From NCBI GenBank assembly GCA_947588925.1, contig CANQAT010000002.1, positions 1 through 48,538 of the forward strand: a DNA stretch of 48,538 nt, in the 5' to 3' direction. Numbering within the stretch: position 1 is the stretch's first letter; each line of letters opens with the position of its first letter. The notes beneath the pieces are model-generated. The model saw only the letters and a list, made by a program, of their open reading frames with translations. It was not told the DNA's origin and made no database searches. The position numbers and the translations under genes were made by a program. Of the stretch, positions 18,959 to 27,509 are shown one piece after another. Source of the DNA: an uncultured Bacilli bacterium. Its GTDB lineage: Bacteria > Bacillota_I > Bacilli_A > RF39 > UBA660.

Positions 18959-20050
18959 TTATTCTTGATATCTTGAAATATTTAATATTATTCCCATAGA
19001 TACCATTATTATTAATAAACTAGAGCCTCCATATGATAAAAATGGAAGTGTGACTCCTGTAACAGGGATAAGTCCAACTACTACACTTAAGTTAAGTATA
19101 GATTGAAATATTAATCCAAATGTTATACCAAATGATAAATATTTCCCAAATAGGTCAGTACACTTCATACTTATTTTAAGACAGTTATAAAATATAATAA
19201 TAAATAAAGTAGATATAATAAGTATTCCCATAAATCCAAATTCTTCAGATATTATTGAGAATATAAAATCTGTTTGAGGTTCAGGTAGATAGAAGTGCTT
19301 CTGTATAGAATTACCAAATCCTAGTCCAAATAAACCGCCCGGTCCAATACTATATAATGATTGTATTATTTGAAACCCGCTTCCTAAAGGATCGCTCCAC
19401 GGATCTAAAAATGATAATATTCGTTTTAAACGATATGGCGCAACTATTATTAAACCTACTACCCCAATTAATCCAACTATTCCAAATTTAACAAATATTT
19501 TTATATTAAGTCCAGCTACAAAAAGTATTCCTATTATAGTCATAACAAGTATTGTTCCAGTTCCAAAGTCTGGTTGTAACATGATTATTCCAAACATACC
19601 TAAGGTTATAATTAATATAGGAAGTACACCTTTTTTAAAATTTTTCATACTATTTGGGTTATTGTATAGATATTTAGATGTAAATATGATAAGTCCTAGT
19701 TTAGCAAACTCACTTGGTTGTATACCAAATGAACCTATACCAAACCAACTACGAGAGCCATTTCTAACTGAACCAATACCGGGTATTAGCACAAGTATTA
19801 AAAGTGTTATGCATACTATTAATATTTTATTTGCATATTTAAAGTATTTTTTATAGTCTATTTTACTTACTATGATCATAAGTACTACACCTATTATAAA
19901 GAATAAGGCTTGATTTTTTAAATATTTATAAGGATCATTATATTTATACTCAGCCCAAATATAAGATGAAGAATAAATCATAAGTATACCAAATAATGAT
20001 AGTATTATTATACTTATAAAGAGTGTTATCTCTATTCTTTTATTCTTCAT
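18959..20050 (-). CDS. FtsW/RodA/SpoVE-family (SEDS) peptidoglycan glycosyltransferase
   Basis: 363-aa polytopic protein with SEDS-like motifs: PSEFAKL, QPDFGT, LPEPQTDFIFS, TGVTLPFLSYGGSS. Confidence 0.9.
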   Translation of the reverse strand: MKNKRIEITLFISIIILSLFGILMIYSSSYIWAEYKYNDPYKYLKNQALFFIIGVVLMIIVSKIDYKKYFKYANKILIVCITLLILVLIPGIGSVRNGSRSWFGIGSFGIQPSEFAKLGLIIFTSKYLYNNPNSMKNFKKGVLPILIITLGMFGIIMLQPDFGTGTILVMTIIGILFVAGLNIKIFVKFGIVGLIGVVGLIIVAPYRLKRILSFLDPWSDPLGSGFQIIQSLYSIGPGGLFGLGFGNSIQKHFYLPEPQTDFIFSIISEEFGFMGILIISTLFIIIFYNCLKISMKCTDLFGKYLSFGITFGLIFQSILNLSVVVGLIPVTGVTLPFLSYGGSSLLIIMVSMGIILNISRYQE

Positions 20051-20092
20051 TATATCACCTATATAATTTTATTTTATTAATAATAAAATATT

Positions 20093-20115
20093 AAAAAAGC
20101 TGTGTAAAAACACAG
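20093..20115 (-). terminator. weak candidate terminator after the 316-aa prepilin-like gene
   Basis: Minus strand reads CTGTG-ttttta-CACAG followed by CTTTTTTAA. The stem is only 5 bp. Confidence 0.35.
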
Positions 20116-20132
20116 TATTATATATTTACTTA

Positions 20133-21083
20133 TTAAAGTCCATATTCAAATTCCCCTGTACCTTGATTGTAGTAAAACTTTTTTTCTACCTTATCATATA
20201 AACAAGCTATTCCATCTTTATCTAAAGCAGGAATAAAATCAAAGACTATTTTATTATCTTCATTATCATATACTTTTATATAATACAACTTCATTGTTGC
20301 AGGAAGTTGTATTTTTCCACCATCATTATTAGCAAAAATATACATAGATAAATTGCCATTAAAACTTATTAAATCCATTTCCTTTATCAAAGTATTATTA
20401 ACGATTAAAGAATTACTCATTTCAATAACATTTTTTTCATTTAAGTTTAAATTTTCAATAGAGGCACCCCAATGTGCTAAATTACCAATACCATCGTAAT
20501 CAGCTTGAAGCTTATCATAGCCACAACCTGTAAACAAAGTAAAATCATTCCTATTACCGCTTCTCGCTCCGAAGATTCCTTGTTGTACATTAGTTTGCTC
20601 AATCATTTGAAATTCAACAATTACTTTTGTATTTCCGTTTGGAATATATTTAGTATCTATCCACTGTGTTCCTGTACTTTCTAAATATTCAATATCTATA
20701 TAATTATCTCCGTAAAAATAATTTATTTTTTCTCCATCTACCTTACAATCATCTAAAGCAATAGTCATATCTTCATGTAATTGTACAAAATCACATTCTA
20801 CTCTTTCTCCATCATATTCTATATCTAATGAAAAATCACTATCATTTAAAGTTAATGTATTACCACTAGTTTTATAACCTCCCATTGGTACTTCTTCTGT
20901 TAAACTTTTTCTTGCTATTGCAAGTTCTATAGACCTACCATATAAATCTATACTTCTTTTCTTACTTTCAGTTCTTGCGTCATTTATTATATTTAATATT
21001 GTTGGTACTGCTATTAATGCAATAATAGCTAATATTACTATTACGGCTAATAATTCTATTAATGTAAATCCTTTGTTCCTCAC
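20133..21083 (-). CDS. prepilin-type N-terminal domain protein with uncharacterised beta-rich C-terminal module
   Basis: GTG start after AAGGAGG. N-terminus MRNKG|FTLIELLAVIVILAIIALIAV. The C-terminal module carries YLESTGTQWIDTKY ... IFGAR ... FYYNQGTGEFEYG. I recognise this motif pair as recurrent in hypothetical proteins but cannot name a family. Confidence 0.75.
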   Translation of the reverse strand: MRNKGFTLIELLAVIVILAIIALIAVPTILNIINDARTESKKRSIDLYGRSIELAIARKSLTEEVPMGGYKTSGNTLTLNDSDFSLDIEYDGERVECDFVQLHEDMTIALDDCKVDGEKINYFYGDNYIDIEYLESTGTQWIDTKYIPNGNTKVIVEFQMIEQTNVQQGIFGARSGNRNDFTLFTGCGYDKLQADYDGIGNLAHWGASIENLNLNEKNVIEMSNSLIVNNTLIKEMDLISFNGNLSMYIFANNDGGKIQLPATMKLYYIKVYDNEDNKIVFDFIPALDKDGIACLYDKVEKKFYYNQGTGEFEYGL

Positions 21084-21113
21084 GTTTTACTCCTCCTTAG
21101 TTTTTCTTCTTAT

Positions 21114-21143
21114 ATTGTCTCATGCCACCCCCCTCCCTGTCAA
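21114..21143 (-). promoter_or_regulatory. candidate sigma-A promoter of the 316-aa prepilin-like gene (conserved with 44675-44703)
   Basis: Minus strand reads TTGACA(21138-21143), 18 nt spacer, GACAAT(21114-21119). It is embedded in an approximately 85-nt block similar to the upstream region of the gene at 43573-44646. Confidence 0.45.
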
Positions 21144-21202
21144 GAGGAACGTTTGTTTGCTTTACATTTTTTTTGCATAGAAATACTATGCAATTGCCTT
21201 TT

Positions 21203-21228
21203 TAGAAAAGTGTAACTACATTTACACT
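21203..21228 (-). terminator. candidate intrinsic terminator after the LemA-TPM pair
   Basis: Minus strand reads AGTGTAA-atgtag-TTACACT followed by TTTCTAAAAA. Confidence 0.45.
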
Positions 21229-21231
21229 TCA

Positions 21232-22092
21232 TTAAAATCCACGTGAGCTTCCTCCTCCACCAGAAGAACCTCCACCACCGCTAAATCCTCCAAAAGATGA
21301 GCCACCAGAGCCTCCTCTACCTCCAAAGAAAGTAGCGAAATATAACATATCTAGTGTGGCATAAGCAGATATGAAATACGCTATTAAACTTGAAATAAGT
21401 ATTCCAAAATATTTTGGAAGTAAGAAAAACAATATTATAAATATAATTCCATATACTAAAGATATTATATCTCTTTTTTTAGTTACTCTTGCTACCATAC
21501 CTGAAATAAAACCTACTAATAAGCCTATTAAAACTAGTCCAAATGAATCATCACTCGTTGTACTTTTTGGATTTGTATATTCTATATCTAGATTATTTAA
21601 TTTAACTATCTCACTATAAAAAGCATCATATCCATTTTTTATTCCTTCACTAAAGTTATTTTCTTTAAAGTAAGGTATCATATATAGATCTTGAAATCTA
21701 CCAGTTTTTCCATCTGGAAGTATTCCTTCTAAACCATATCCGACTTCTACTCTAGATAATCTCTCTTCTTTTGCTATTAAAAGAAGTAATCCGTTATTCT
21801 TTTCTTTATCTCCTATTTCAAAACTTCTAAAAAGTTCAACCGCATAATCTTCTAAAGAGTTACCTTCTAAGTTTTCAACCGTAACAACTACTATTTGAGT
21901 ACCATCTGCATTATTTAAAGCTATACTTTTATTTAGTATATACTCTTCAGTAGCATCATCTATAATATTTGCATAATCGTTTATATAAAAATTACTAGTA
22001 GGTTTTACTATTGCTTTAACGTTAGTTATTGAAAATAAAAAGATAAGGATTAAATAAATAATCCTATTAGAATTTAACTTCAGGAACTTCAT
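21232..22092 (-). CDS. TPM-domain protein (signal peptide, TM helices, Gly-rich tail)
   Basis: Start taken at ATG 22092 (MKFLKL, GAGGG RBS). TPM-like motifs NDYANII, VVVTVENLEG, EDYAVELF, NNGLLLLIAKEERLSRVEVGYGLEG. C-terminal GGSGGSS repeats. Confidence 0.8.
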   Translation of the reverse strand: MKFLKLNSNRIIYLILIFLFSITNVKAIVKPTSNFYINDYANIIDDATEEYILNKSIALNNADGTQIVVVTVENLEGNSLEDYAVELFRSFEIGDKEKNNGLLLLIAKEERLSRVEVGYGLEGILPDGKTGRFQDLYMIPYFKENNFSEGIKNGYDAFYSEIVKLNNLDIEYTNPKSTTSDDSFGLVLIGLLVGFISGMVARVTKKRDIISLVYGIIFIILFFLLPKYFGILISSLIAYFISAYATLDMLYFATFFGGRGGSGGSSFGGFSGGGGSSGGGGSSRGF

Positions 22093-22630
22093 CTTTTCCC
22101 TCATCTACTTCGAAGTATTCTTTTTTATCAAATCCAAACATACTAGCTAATATATTACTTGGAAATCTTTTTATAGCAGTATTATAAGAATTAACTGCAT
22201 CGTTATAATCTTTTCTTGCAACTGCTACTCTATTTTCTGTTCCAGCAAGTTCATCTTGTAAATTTAAAAATACACTATCTGCTTTTAAGTCAGGATAATT
22301 TTCTACTATTACAAATAGATTGTTTAAAGCAGTATTAAGTTCGTTATTCGCACTAGACATCTCATCTACTGTTTTTGCTCCTACTAGTTTTTCTCTTGCA
22401 GTAGTTACTTTTTCTATTGCTTCTGTTTCATGAGTTGTATAACCTTTAACTGTATTTACTAAATTAGGTATTAAATCTCCTCTCCTCTCTAGCTGAACTG
22501 ATACATCAGATAGTTTACTATCTACTTTTTCTTCTTTACTTACAAGAGTATTGTAATTACCTCCAATTAATAATCCAATTAGTAATACTACAACTGCAAT
22601 TACTATTCCTATTTTTAAACCTTTACTCAT
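22067..22630 (-). CDS. LemA-family protein
   Basis: N-terminal TM helix, then YNTLVSKEEKV...QLERRGDLIPNLVNTVKGYTTHE...NYPDLKA, the canonical LemA pattern. Confidence 0.88.
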   Translation of the reverse strand: MSKGLKIGIVIAVVVLLIGLLIGGNYNTLVSKEEKVDSKLSDVSVQLERRGDLIPNLVNTVKGYTTHETEAIEKVTTAREKLVGAKTVDEMSSANNELNTALNNLFVIVENYPDLKADSVFLNLQDELAGTENRVAVARKDYNDAVNSYNTAIKRFPSNILASMFGFDKKEYFEVDEGKDEVPEVKF

Positions 22631-22672
22631 TTTATCACCATCCTAGTTTATAATATCATATTTTAAGTCTTT

Positions 22673-23665
22673 TTACAATACTACTCCAAATATTATGGCT
22701 ATCATACTAGCAAGTATACCAATCAAAGAAAATATTTTAACTATTTCTCTTTCACTATAACCTCTTTTTTCAAATGAGTGGTGTATCGGTGTCATTAAGA
22801 ATAGCCTTTTTTTAGTAAATTTATAGTATACTCTTTGTATTATGCAAGTAAGTGTCTCTATTACAAATACTATTCCTATTACAATTAATAATATCTCATG
22901 CCTTGTTAGTATTGCAATAGCTCCCATTACTGCCCCTAAGGCTAAACTACCAGTATCTCCCATAAATACTTTAGCAGGATTTAGATTAAATACTAAAAAT
23001 CCTATTAAAGAACCTACTAAAGAAAAACAAAAGAGTGAGACTTCCTCATAACCTTCTAGCCAACCTGTATTATAACTAATTATACCGAGTGTTAGAAAAG
23101 CAATTAAAGATAAACTTCCTGCAAGACCATCAAGGCCATCTGTAATATTTACTGCATTTGAACTAGATACTAAAACAGCAAGTATTACTATTCCATATAG
23201 AAAACCGATATCTAGTTTTATACCTAGTGTGTGTATCCAAAGTAAAGGTTCATTACCACTTTTCATAAATAGATAGAAAAATATAATAGCTACTATTACT
23301 TGCATTATAAACTTAGCAGCCTCACTAAGTCCTTTATTGTTATTCCTTTTTATTATTAAATAGTCATCTATAAATCCTATAAGTGAATAGAAGATAAATG
23401 TTAATATAACTATTAATATTGTTGTTGAGTACTCTACTTTACCAAATAAGTACATGATAATCATAACAATTATTGTAGGTATTATAAATATTAATCCTCC
23501 CATAGTAGGAGTACCTTGTTTTTCTTTATGTTTTTCTTCTAAATATTTGCTTAATCTTTGTCCTGCTTTTAATCTTTTTAAAAGTGGGACTAAAAATATA
23601 CCGGTTGCAATAGATAAAATTAAACTTATCATCATTACAAGTACTGCTTTAGTCAATATTACCAT
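22673..23665 (-). CDS. mraY: phospho-N-acetylmuramoyl-pentapeptide transferase
   Basis: Polytopic, 330 aa. Motifs QGTPTMGG, NAVNITDGLDGLA, FMGDTGSLALG. Confidence 0.93.
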   Translation of the reverse strand: MVILTKAVLVMMISLILSIATGIFLVPLLKRLKAGQRLSKYLEEKHKEKQGTPTMGGLIFIIPTIIVMIIMYLFGKVEYSTTILIVILTFIFYSLIGFIDDYLIIKRNNNKGLSEAAKFIMQVIVAIIFFYLFMKSGNEPLLWIHTLGIKLDIGFLYGIVILAVLVSSSNAVNITDGLDGLAGSLSLIAFLTLGIISYNTGWLEGYEEVSLFCFSLVGSLIGFLVFNLNPAKVFMGDTGSLALGAVMGAIAILTRHEILLIVIGIVFVIETLTCIIQRVYYKFTKKRLFLMTPIHHSFEKRGYSEREIVKIFSLIGILASMIAIIFGVVL

Positions 23666-23748
23666 AAAATCCCTCTAATAAATTTTATTCAAGTAATATA
23701 AAAGTAGGACAAGATTTATAATATGCTTTTTATTTTTTAAATGATAAA

Positions 23749-23867
23749 TCAATGTTTTAATTCTAAGGTCCCATTTTGTGACCTTAGAAATTTATATCTA
23801 ACATTATTTGTTTTCCTCTTATTTCATATATTAATCCTTCTATTTTTACTTCTTCTATTTCGTTCAC
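23749..23867 (-). pseudogene. decayed ORF6N-like gene fragment
   Basis: The GTG-started 27-codon ORF VNEIEEVKIEGLIYEIRGKQIMLDINF* has the IYxIRGxxVMLD hallmark of ORF6N N-termini as I recall it. A frameshifted continuation reads FLRSQNGTLELKH*, resembling the family's LRxQxxT segment. About 40 intervening codons are missing. Confidence 0.35.
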
Positions 23868-24129
23868 TTTATCACCTTCCTTATTTTCTTCAATAATTAG
23901 TTTATTAATATAATCTCAAGCATTGATACACCTATTTTATAAATACTTTAAATGCTGTTGTTCTAATTCTAAGGTTCCAAAATGAAACCTTAGAAGTCTA
24001 GTTTCACATACATATTCTTTGAAGTTCCAAAATGGAACTTCAAGTTTTAAAGTCTTTTTCTAATTATTAAAACTCACTACCTCCTATATATATCATACGA
24101 CAAAACTTTTCAATTTCCTTTTTTTTATC

Positions 24130-24157
24130 AAAAAATACTATAATTTTTTTATAGTAT
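24130..24157 (-). terminator. intrinsic terminator after the prepilin-LRR gene
   Basis: Minus strand reads ATACTATAA-aaaaa-TTATAGTAT followed by TTTTTGAT. Confidence 0.5.
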
Positions 24158-24177
24158 CTTTATAATTTATACATTAT

Positions 24178-26016
24178 TTAGTTTACGTATGTATAATTTT
24201 GTGTTTGTGTTCCATTTAGTAAACTTGTATCTAATGTCCATTTATCTTTAGTTACTTTAACAACTTTTAAATTTTTACAACCAGGAAACATGCCATAGTC
24301 AGTAGCGCTGTGCGTATCAAAGCTTGTTAAATCGAGTTCTTCTAAGCTACTACAGTTTTGAAACATACAACGTAACCACGTTACCTTAGAAGTATCAAAA
24401 TTACTTAAATTTACACTTATTAAAGAATTACAACCGTCAAACATACCACCCATATTGGTAACGCTACTTGTATTGAAATTACTTAAGTCTAATTCTATTA
24501 AACTACTACATCCTGCAAACATTCTAATCATATCTGTCACTTTTTCAAACGTAGAATTTTCTCCAAATTTTATACTTTTTAATTTTGTACAATTTTGAAA
24601 AATATTAGAGCCACTATTTACATTTTTTGTATTAAAGTTACTTAAATCCAAATACTCTAAACTACTACATCCACTAAACATTAATACCATATTTATTACT
24701 TGAACTGTATTAAAACTATTCAATTTTAATTTTTTTAAGCTACTACATCCGGAAAACATACTATTCATGTACAGTACTTGACTTGTATCAAAATATTCAA
24801 GACCATTTATTTCTTCTAGGTTACTACATCCGCTAAACATAGAATCCATGCTTGTTACTCTGGATGTATTAAAATTTTTACCAAAAGTTACTGTTGATAA
24901 CCCTGTGCAACTTTCAAACATCCATATCATACTACCAACTTTACTTGTGTTAAAACTGGTTAAATTTAAATCTGCTAAACAAAAACATTTTTCAAACATG
25001 GCACGCATTGTTGTCACTTGCGAGGTATCAAAATTTTCTAATCCTTTTATATTTAATAAATTATTACAAAATCTAAACATATATGACATATCCAATACGC
25101 GTGATGTGTTGAAACTACTTAAGTTAATTATCTTTAAAGTATTGCACCCATCAAACATATAATTCATAATTGTTACTTGTGAGGTATCTAAACCAAACAA
25201 ATTAATGTTTTTTAATGATTTACATGTGCTAAACATTGCTCCCATGTTTATTGATTTACTTGTGTCCATTAAATTTAATTCTATTTCTTCTGCTCCTTGG
25301 AAATTTTGAAACATAGAATTAATATATGCTGGACAACTTATATATCCCTCACTATATACATATATTGCTTGATTAACTTCATCATAATATCCTTTTATGC
25401 TTCCATCAGACTTTGATGATAAATCTGTATATTTAAACTCTTCCAATTCTTCTTTTGTTATTCCTTCTGGTAGTACACTGTCTTGTAAAAAGATTATTTT
25501 CTTTACTTTTGTATCTACTGTATTATAATCAGGAGTACTACCGTCATCTTTTGTATCTCTAACTAATTCTTTTACCTTTTTATTAAAGTCTTGGCCACTA
25601 ACTAAAGTACTTTCATTTAAGTTCTTAAGTATCTCTATATCTTCATCTGCTACTCTTGCATAATAATCATCTATTAAGCCTTTTAGTACTCTTGTTACTT
25701 TACTATTCTCTATTAATAAAAGTCCACTTTTAAGTCCTCTTCCATCATAGTTTATAAATATCTCTTTATCTCCTAGTACTATCTTTTTTCCATCATCTGT
25801 TATTGTATATAAGCCGTCACTTACATTATTAAATACTTCTTCATTTATTAAGGATGTATTTACTGCTCTTATATATTCACTTGTACTTATCTTTAATGAT
25901 TTTATCTTTGCCTCTGTTATTATATTTAGTACTATTGGTACTGCTATTATTGCTATAAATGATAATATTAATATTACTGCTAGTAACTCTACTAATGTAA
26001 ATCCTTCGTTTTTCAT
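24178..26016 (-). CDS. prepilin-type N-terminal domain protein with stalk region and about 14 DUF285/BspA-type leucine-rich repeats
   Basis: Start at ATG 26016 (AGGAG 9 nt upstream). N-terminus MKNEG|FTLVELLAVILILSFIAIIAV. It is followed by about 14 repeats of about 25 aa with the pattern LxLxxF(N/D)TSxVxxMxxMFxGCxxL. Confidence 0.82.
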   Translation of the reverse strand: MKNEGFTLVELLAVILILSFIAIIAVPIVLNIITEAKIKSLKISTSEYIRAVNTSLINEEVFNNVSDGLYTITDDGKKIVLGDKEIFINYDGRGLKSGLLLIENSKVTRVLKGLIDDYYARVADEDIEILKNLNESTLVSGQDFNKKVKELVRDTKDDGSTPDYNTVDTKVKKIIFLQDSVLPEGITKEELEEFKYTDLSSKSDGSIKGYYDEVNQAIYVYSEGYISCPAYINSMFQNFQGAEEIELNLMDTSKSINMGAMFSTCKSLKNINLFGLDTSQVTIMNYMFDGCNTLKIINLSSFNTSRVLDMSYMFRFCNNLLNIKGLENFDTSQVTTMRAMFEKCFCLADLNLTSFNTSKVGSMIWMFESCTGLSTVTFGKNFNTSRVTSMDSMFSGCSNLEEINGLEYFDTSQVLYMNSMFSGCSSLKKLKLNSFNTVQVINMVLMFSGCSSLEYLDLSNFNTKNVNSGSNIFQNCTKLKSIKFGENSTFEKVTDMIRMFAGCSSLIELDLSNFNTSSVTNMGGMFDGCNSLISVNLSNFDTSKVTWLRCMFQNCSSLEELDLTSFDTHSATDYGMFPGCKNLKVVKVTKDKWTLDTSLLNGTQTQNYTYVN

Positions 26017-26121
26017 TCGCTCCATCTCCTACGATAACATTATATCACATTTTTACTATTATTCCCACACTTTTGTTGATATTTAGAACTTTAATGTGAA
26101 AATTATTGTAGGTGATGTAAA

Positions 26122-26562
26122 ATGTTTAGCAATAATTTAAAGTCTTGTAGACAAGAACTAGAAATGACACAAAAAGAATTAGGATATGTTTTTGGCGTAT
26201 CAAAGTATACAGTACACGGTTGGGAAAACTCTCATGATACTATACCATTAAATAAACTAATTAAGTTTTGCAACTTATTTGATTTTTCACTTGATTATGT
26301 AACTGGATTATCAAAAACAAATATTAAATATGAGAAAATTAAAACTGACAAGAAAAAAATAGGAATGAAGCTTAAAAGTATAAGAAAAGAACTTAATATA
26401 ACTCAACAAGAACTAGCAAGTAGATGTGGTATAGCTCAAAATACCTATAGCAGTTATGAAACAGGAAGATATTTAATTAACACAAATAATTTATATAGTA
26501 TTTGTAAAACATATAATATTTCAATGGACCTATTATGTGGTAGAACAAAAAAGACGGATTAA
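26122..26562 (+). CDS. XRE-family transcriptional regulator with two tandem HTH domains
   Basis: Two HTH_XRE units: LKSCRQELEMTQKELGYVFGVSKYTVHGWENS and LKSIRKELNITQQELASRCGIAQNTYSSYETG. GGTGA RBS. Confidence 0.85.
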   Translation: MFSNNLKSCRQELEMTQKELGYVFGVSKYTVHGWENSHDTIPLNKLIKFCNLFDFSLDYVTGLSKTNIKYEKIKTDKKKIGMKLKSIRKELNITQQELASRCGIAQNTYSSYETGRYLINTNNLYSICKTYNISMDLLCGRTKKTD

Positions 26563-26574
26563 CTCGTCTTTTAT
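26549..26574. terminator. hairpin between the convergent XRE and ldh genes (possible bidirectional terminator)
   Basis: AAGACG(26551-26556)/CGTCTT(26565-26570) with T-rich sequence 3' on the plus strand and A-rich sequence 5'. It overlaps both stop codons. Confidence 0.5.
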
Positions 26575-27476
26575 AAATTATTTATAGCGTCTTTTATAAC
26601 TCTAATAGAGTTTTTTATTTTTTCTTTCTCTACTTCACTAAATGGTACATATATCTTCTCTTTCACACCACTACTATTTACAATAGCAGGAGTCGATATA
26701 TAAATCTCATTTTCTTTATCATATGCAGATACTGAAAGTATTACATTTTCATCTCCAAGTATAGCATTAGTTATTCTAACTAGGCACATACCTATTCCAT
26801 AGTATGTCGCACCTTTTCTCTCAATTATCTCATATGCAGAATTTCTAACATCATCTTCTATTTTTTCTTTTTCTTCTAAAGTTAGATATGCATCTAAACT
26901 TTTTAAAGCAATATTTGCATTACTCCAAGGAACAAATTCAGAGTCCCCGTGTTCTCCCATAACATATGCATGTATATCTTTTGGACTTACCCCTACTTTT
27001 TCACTTATTAAAAATCTAAGTCTTGCAGTATCAAGGGTAGTTCCTGTTCCAAGTATTTGATTATGTGGCAAATTAGAATACTTATATGTAATATATGTCA
27101 TTACGTCTAAGGGATTAGTAGCTACTAAAAATATTCCATTAAATCCACTATCCATAACACTATCTACAATAGATTTAAATATTTTACTATTCTTATGTAT
27201 TAAATCCATTCTAGTTTCTCCAACATTTTGATTAGCTCCTGCTGCTATTACAACTATTTTAGCACCTTTACAATCACTATAATTACCTAGACTTATATTT
27301 ATTTTAGATGGACTATATGCAAGACAGTGATTTAAATCCATTACTTCTCCTTCAAGTCTTCTTTCATTTATATCTATAAGTACTAATTCATTTACATATG
27401 TACTTTGATTGAGTAATGCATAACAATAACTCATACCTACATTACCACATCCGATTACTACAACTTTATTTTTCAT
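26571..27476 (-). CDS. ldh: L-lactate dehydrogenase
   Basis: Rossmann motif VVVIGCGNVG, LIDINERRLEGEVMDLNH, and catalytic-region GEHGDSEFVPWS. Confidence 0.9.
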   Translation of the reverse strand: MKNKVVVIGCGNVGMSYCYALLNQSTYVNELVLIDINERRLEGEVMDLNHCLAYSPSKINISLGNYSDCKGAKIVVIAAGANQNVGETRMDLIHKNSKIFKSIVDSVMDSGFNGIFLVATNPLDVMTYITYKYSNLPHNQILGTGTTLDTARLRFLISEKVGVSPKDIHAYVMGEHGDSEFVPWSNANIALKSLDAYLTLEEKEKIEDDVRNSAYEIIERKGATYYGIGMCLVRITNAILGDENVILSVSAYDKENEIYISTPAIVNSSGVKEKIYVPFSEVEKEKIKNSIRVIKDAINNL

Positions 27477-27509
27477 TCTATCACCTAAATTATTATATAA
27501 TATTTTTAT

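Noticed and set aside
21232-21330. Gly/Ser-rich tail (GGRGGSGGSSFGGFSGGGGSSGGGGSSRGF) of the TPM protein as a separate feature
   Set aside because: It is a low-complexity C-terminal tail continuous with the TPM ORF. Such tails are common in this family.
23761-24042. The three hairpins interpreted as rho-independent terminators
   Set aside because: None is followed by a U-run on either strand. The actual terminator of the upstream gene is the hairpin plus T-run at 24130-24157.
24178-25330. Regular 75-78-nt periodicity in the DNA, which could be mistaken for a CRISPR or tandem-repeat array (also at 46964-48000)
   Set aside because: The periodic units are imperfect, have no unique spacers, and lie within long open reading frames encoding LRR units.
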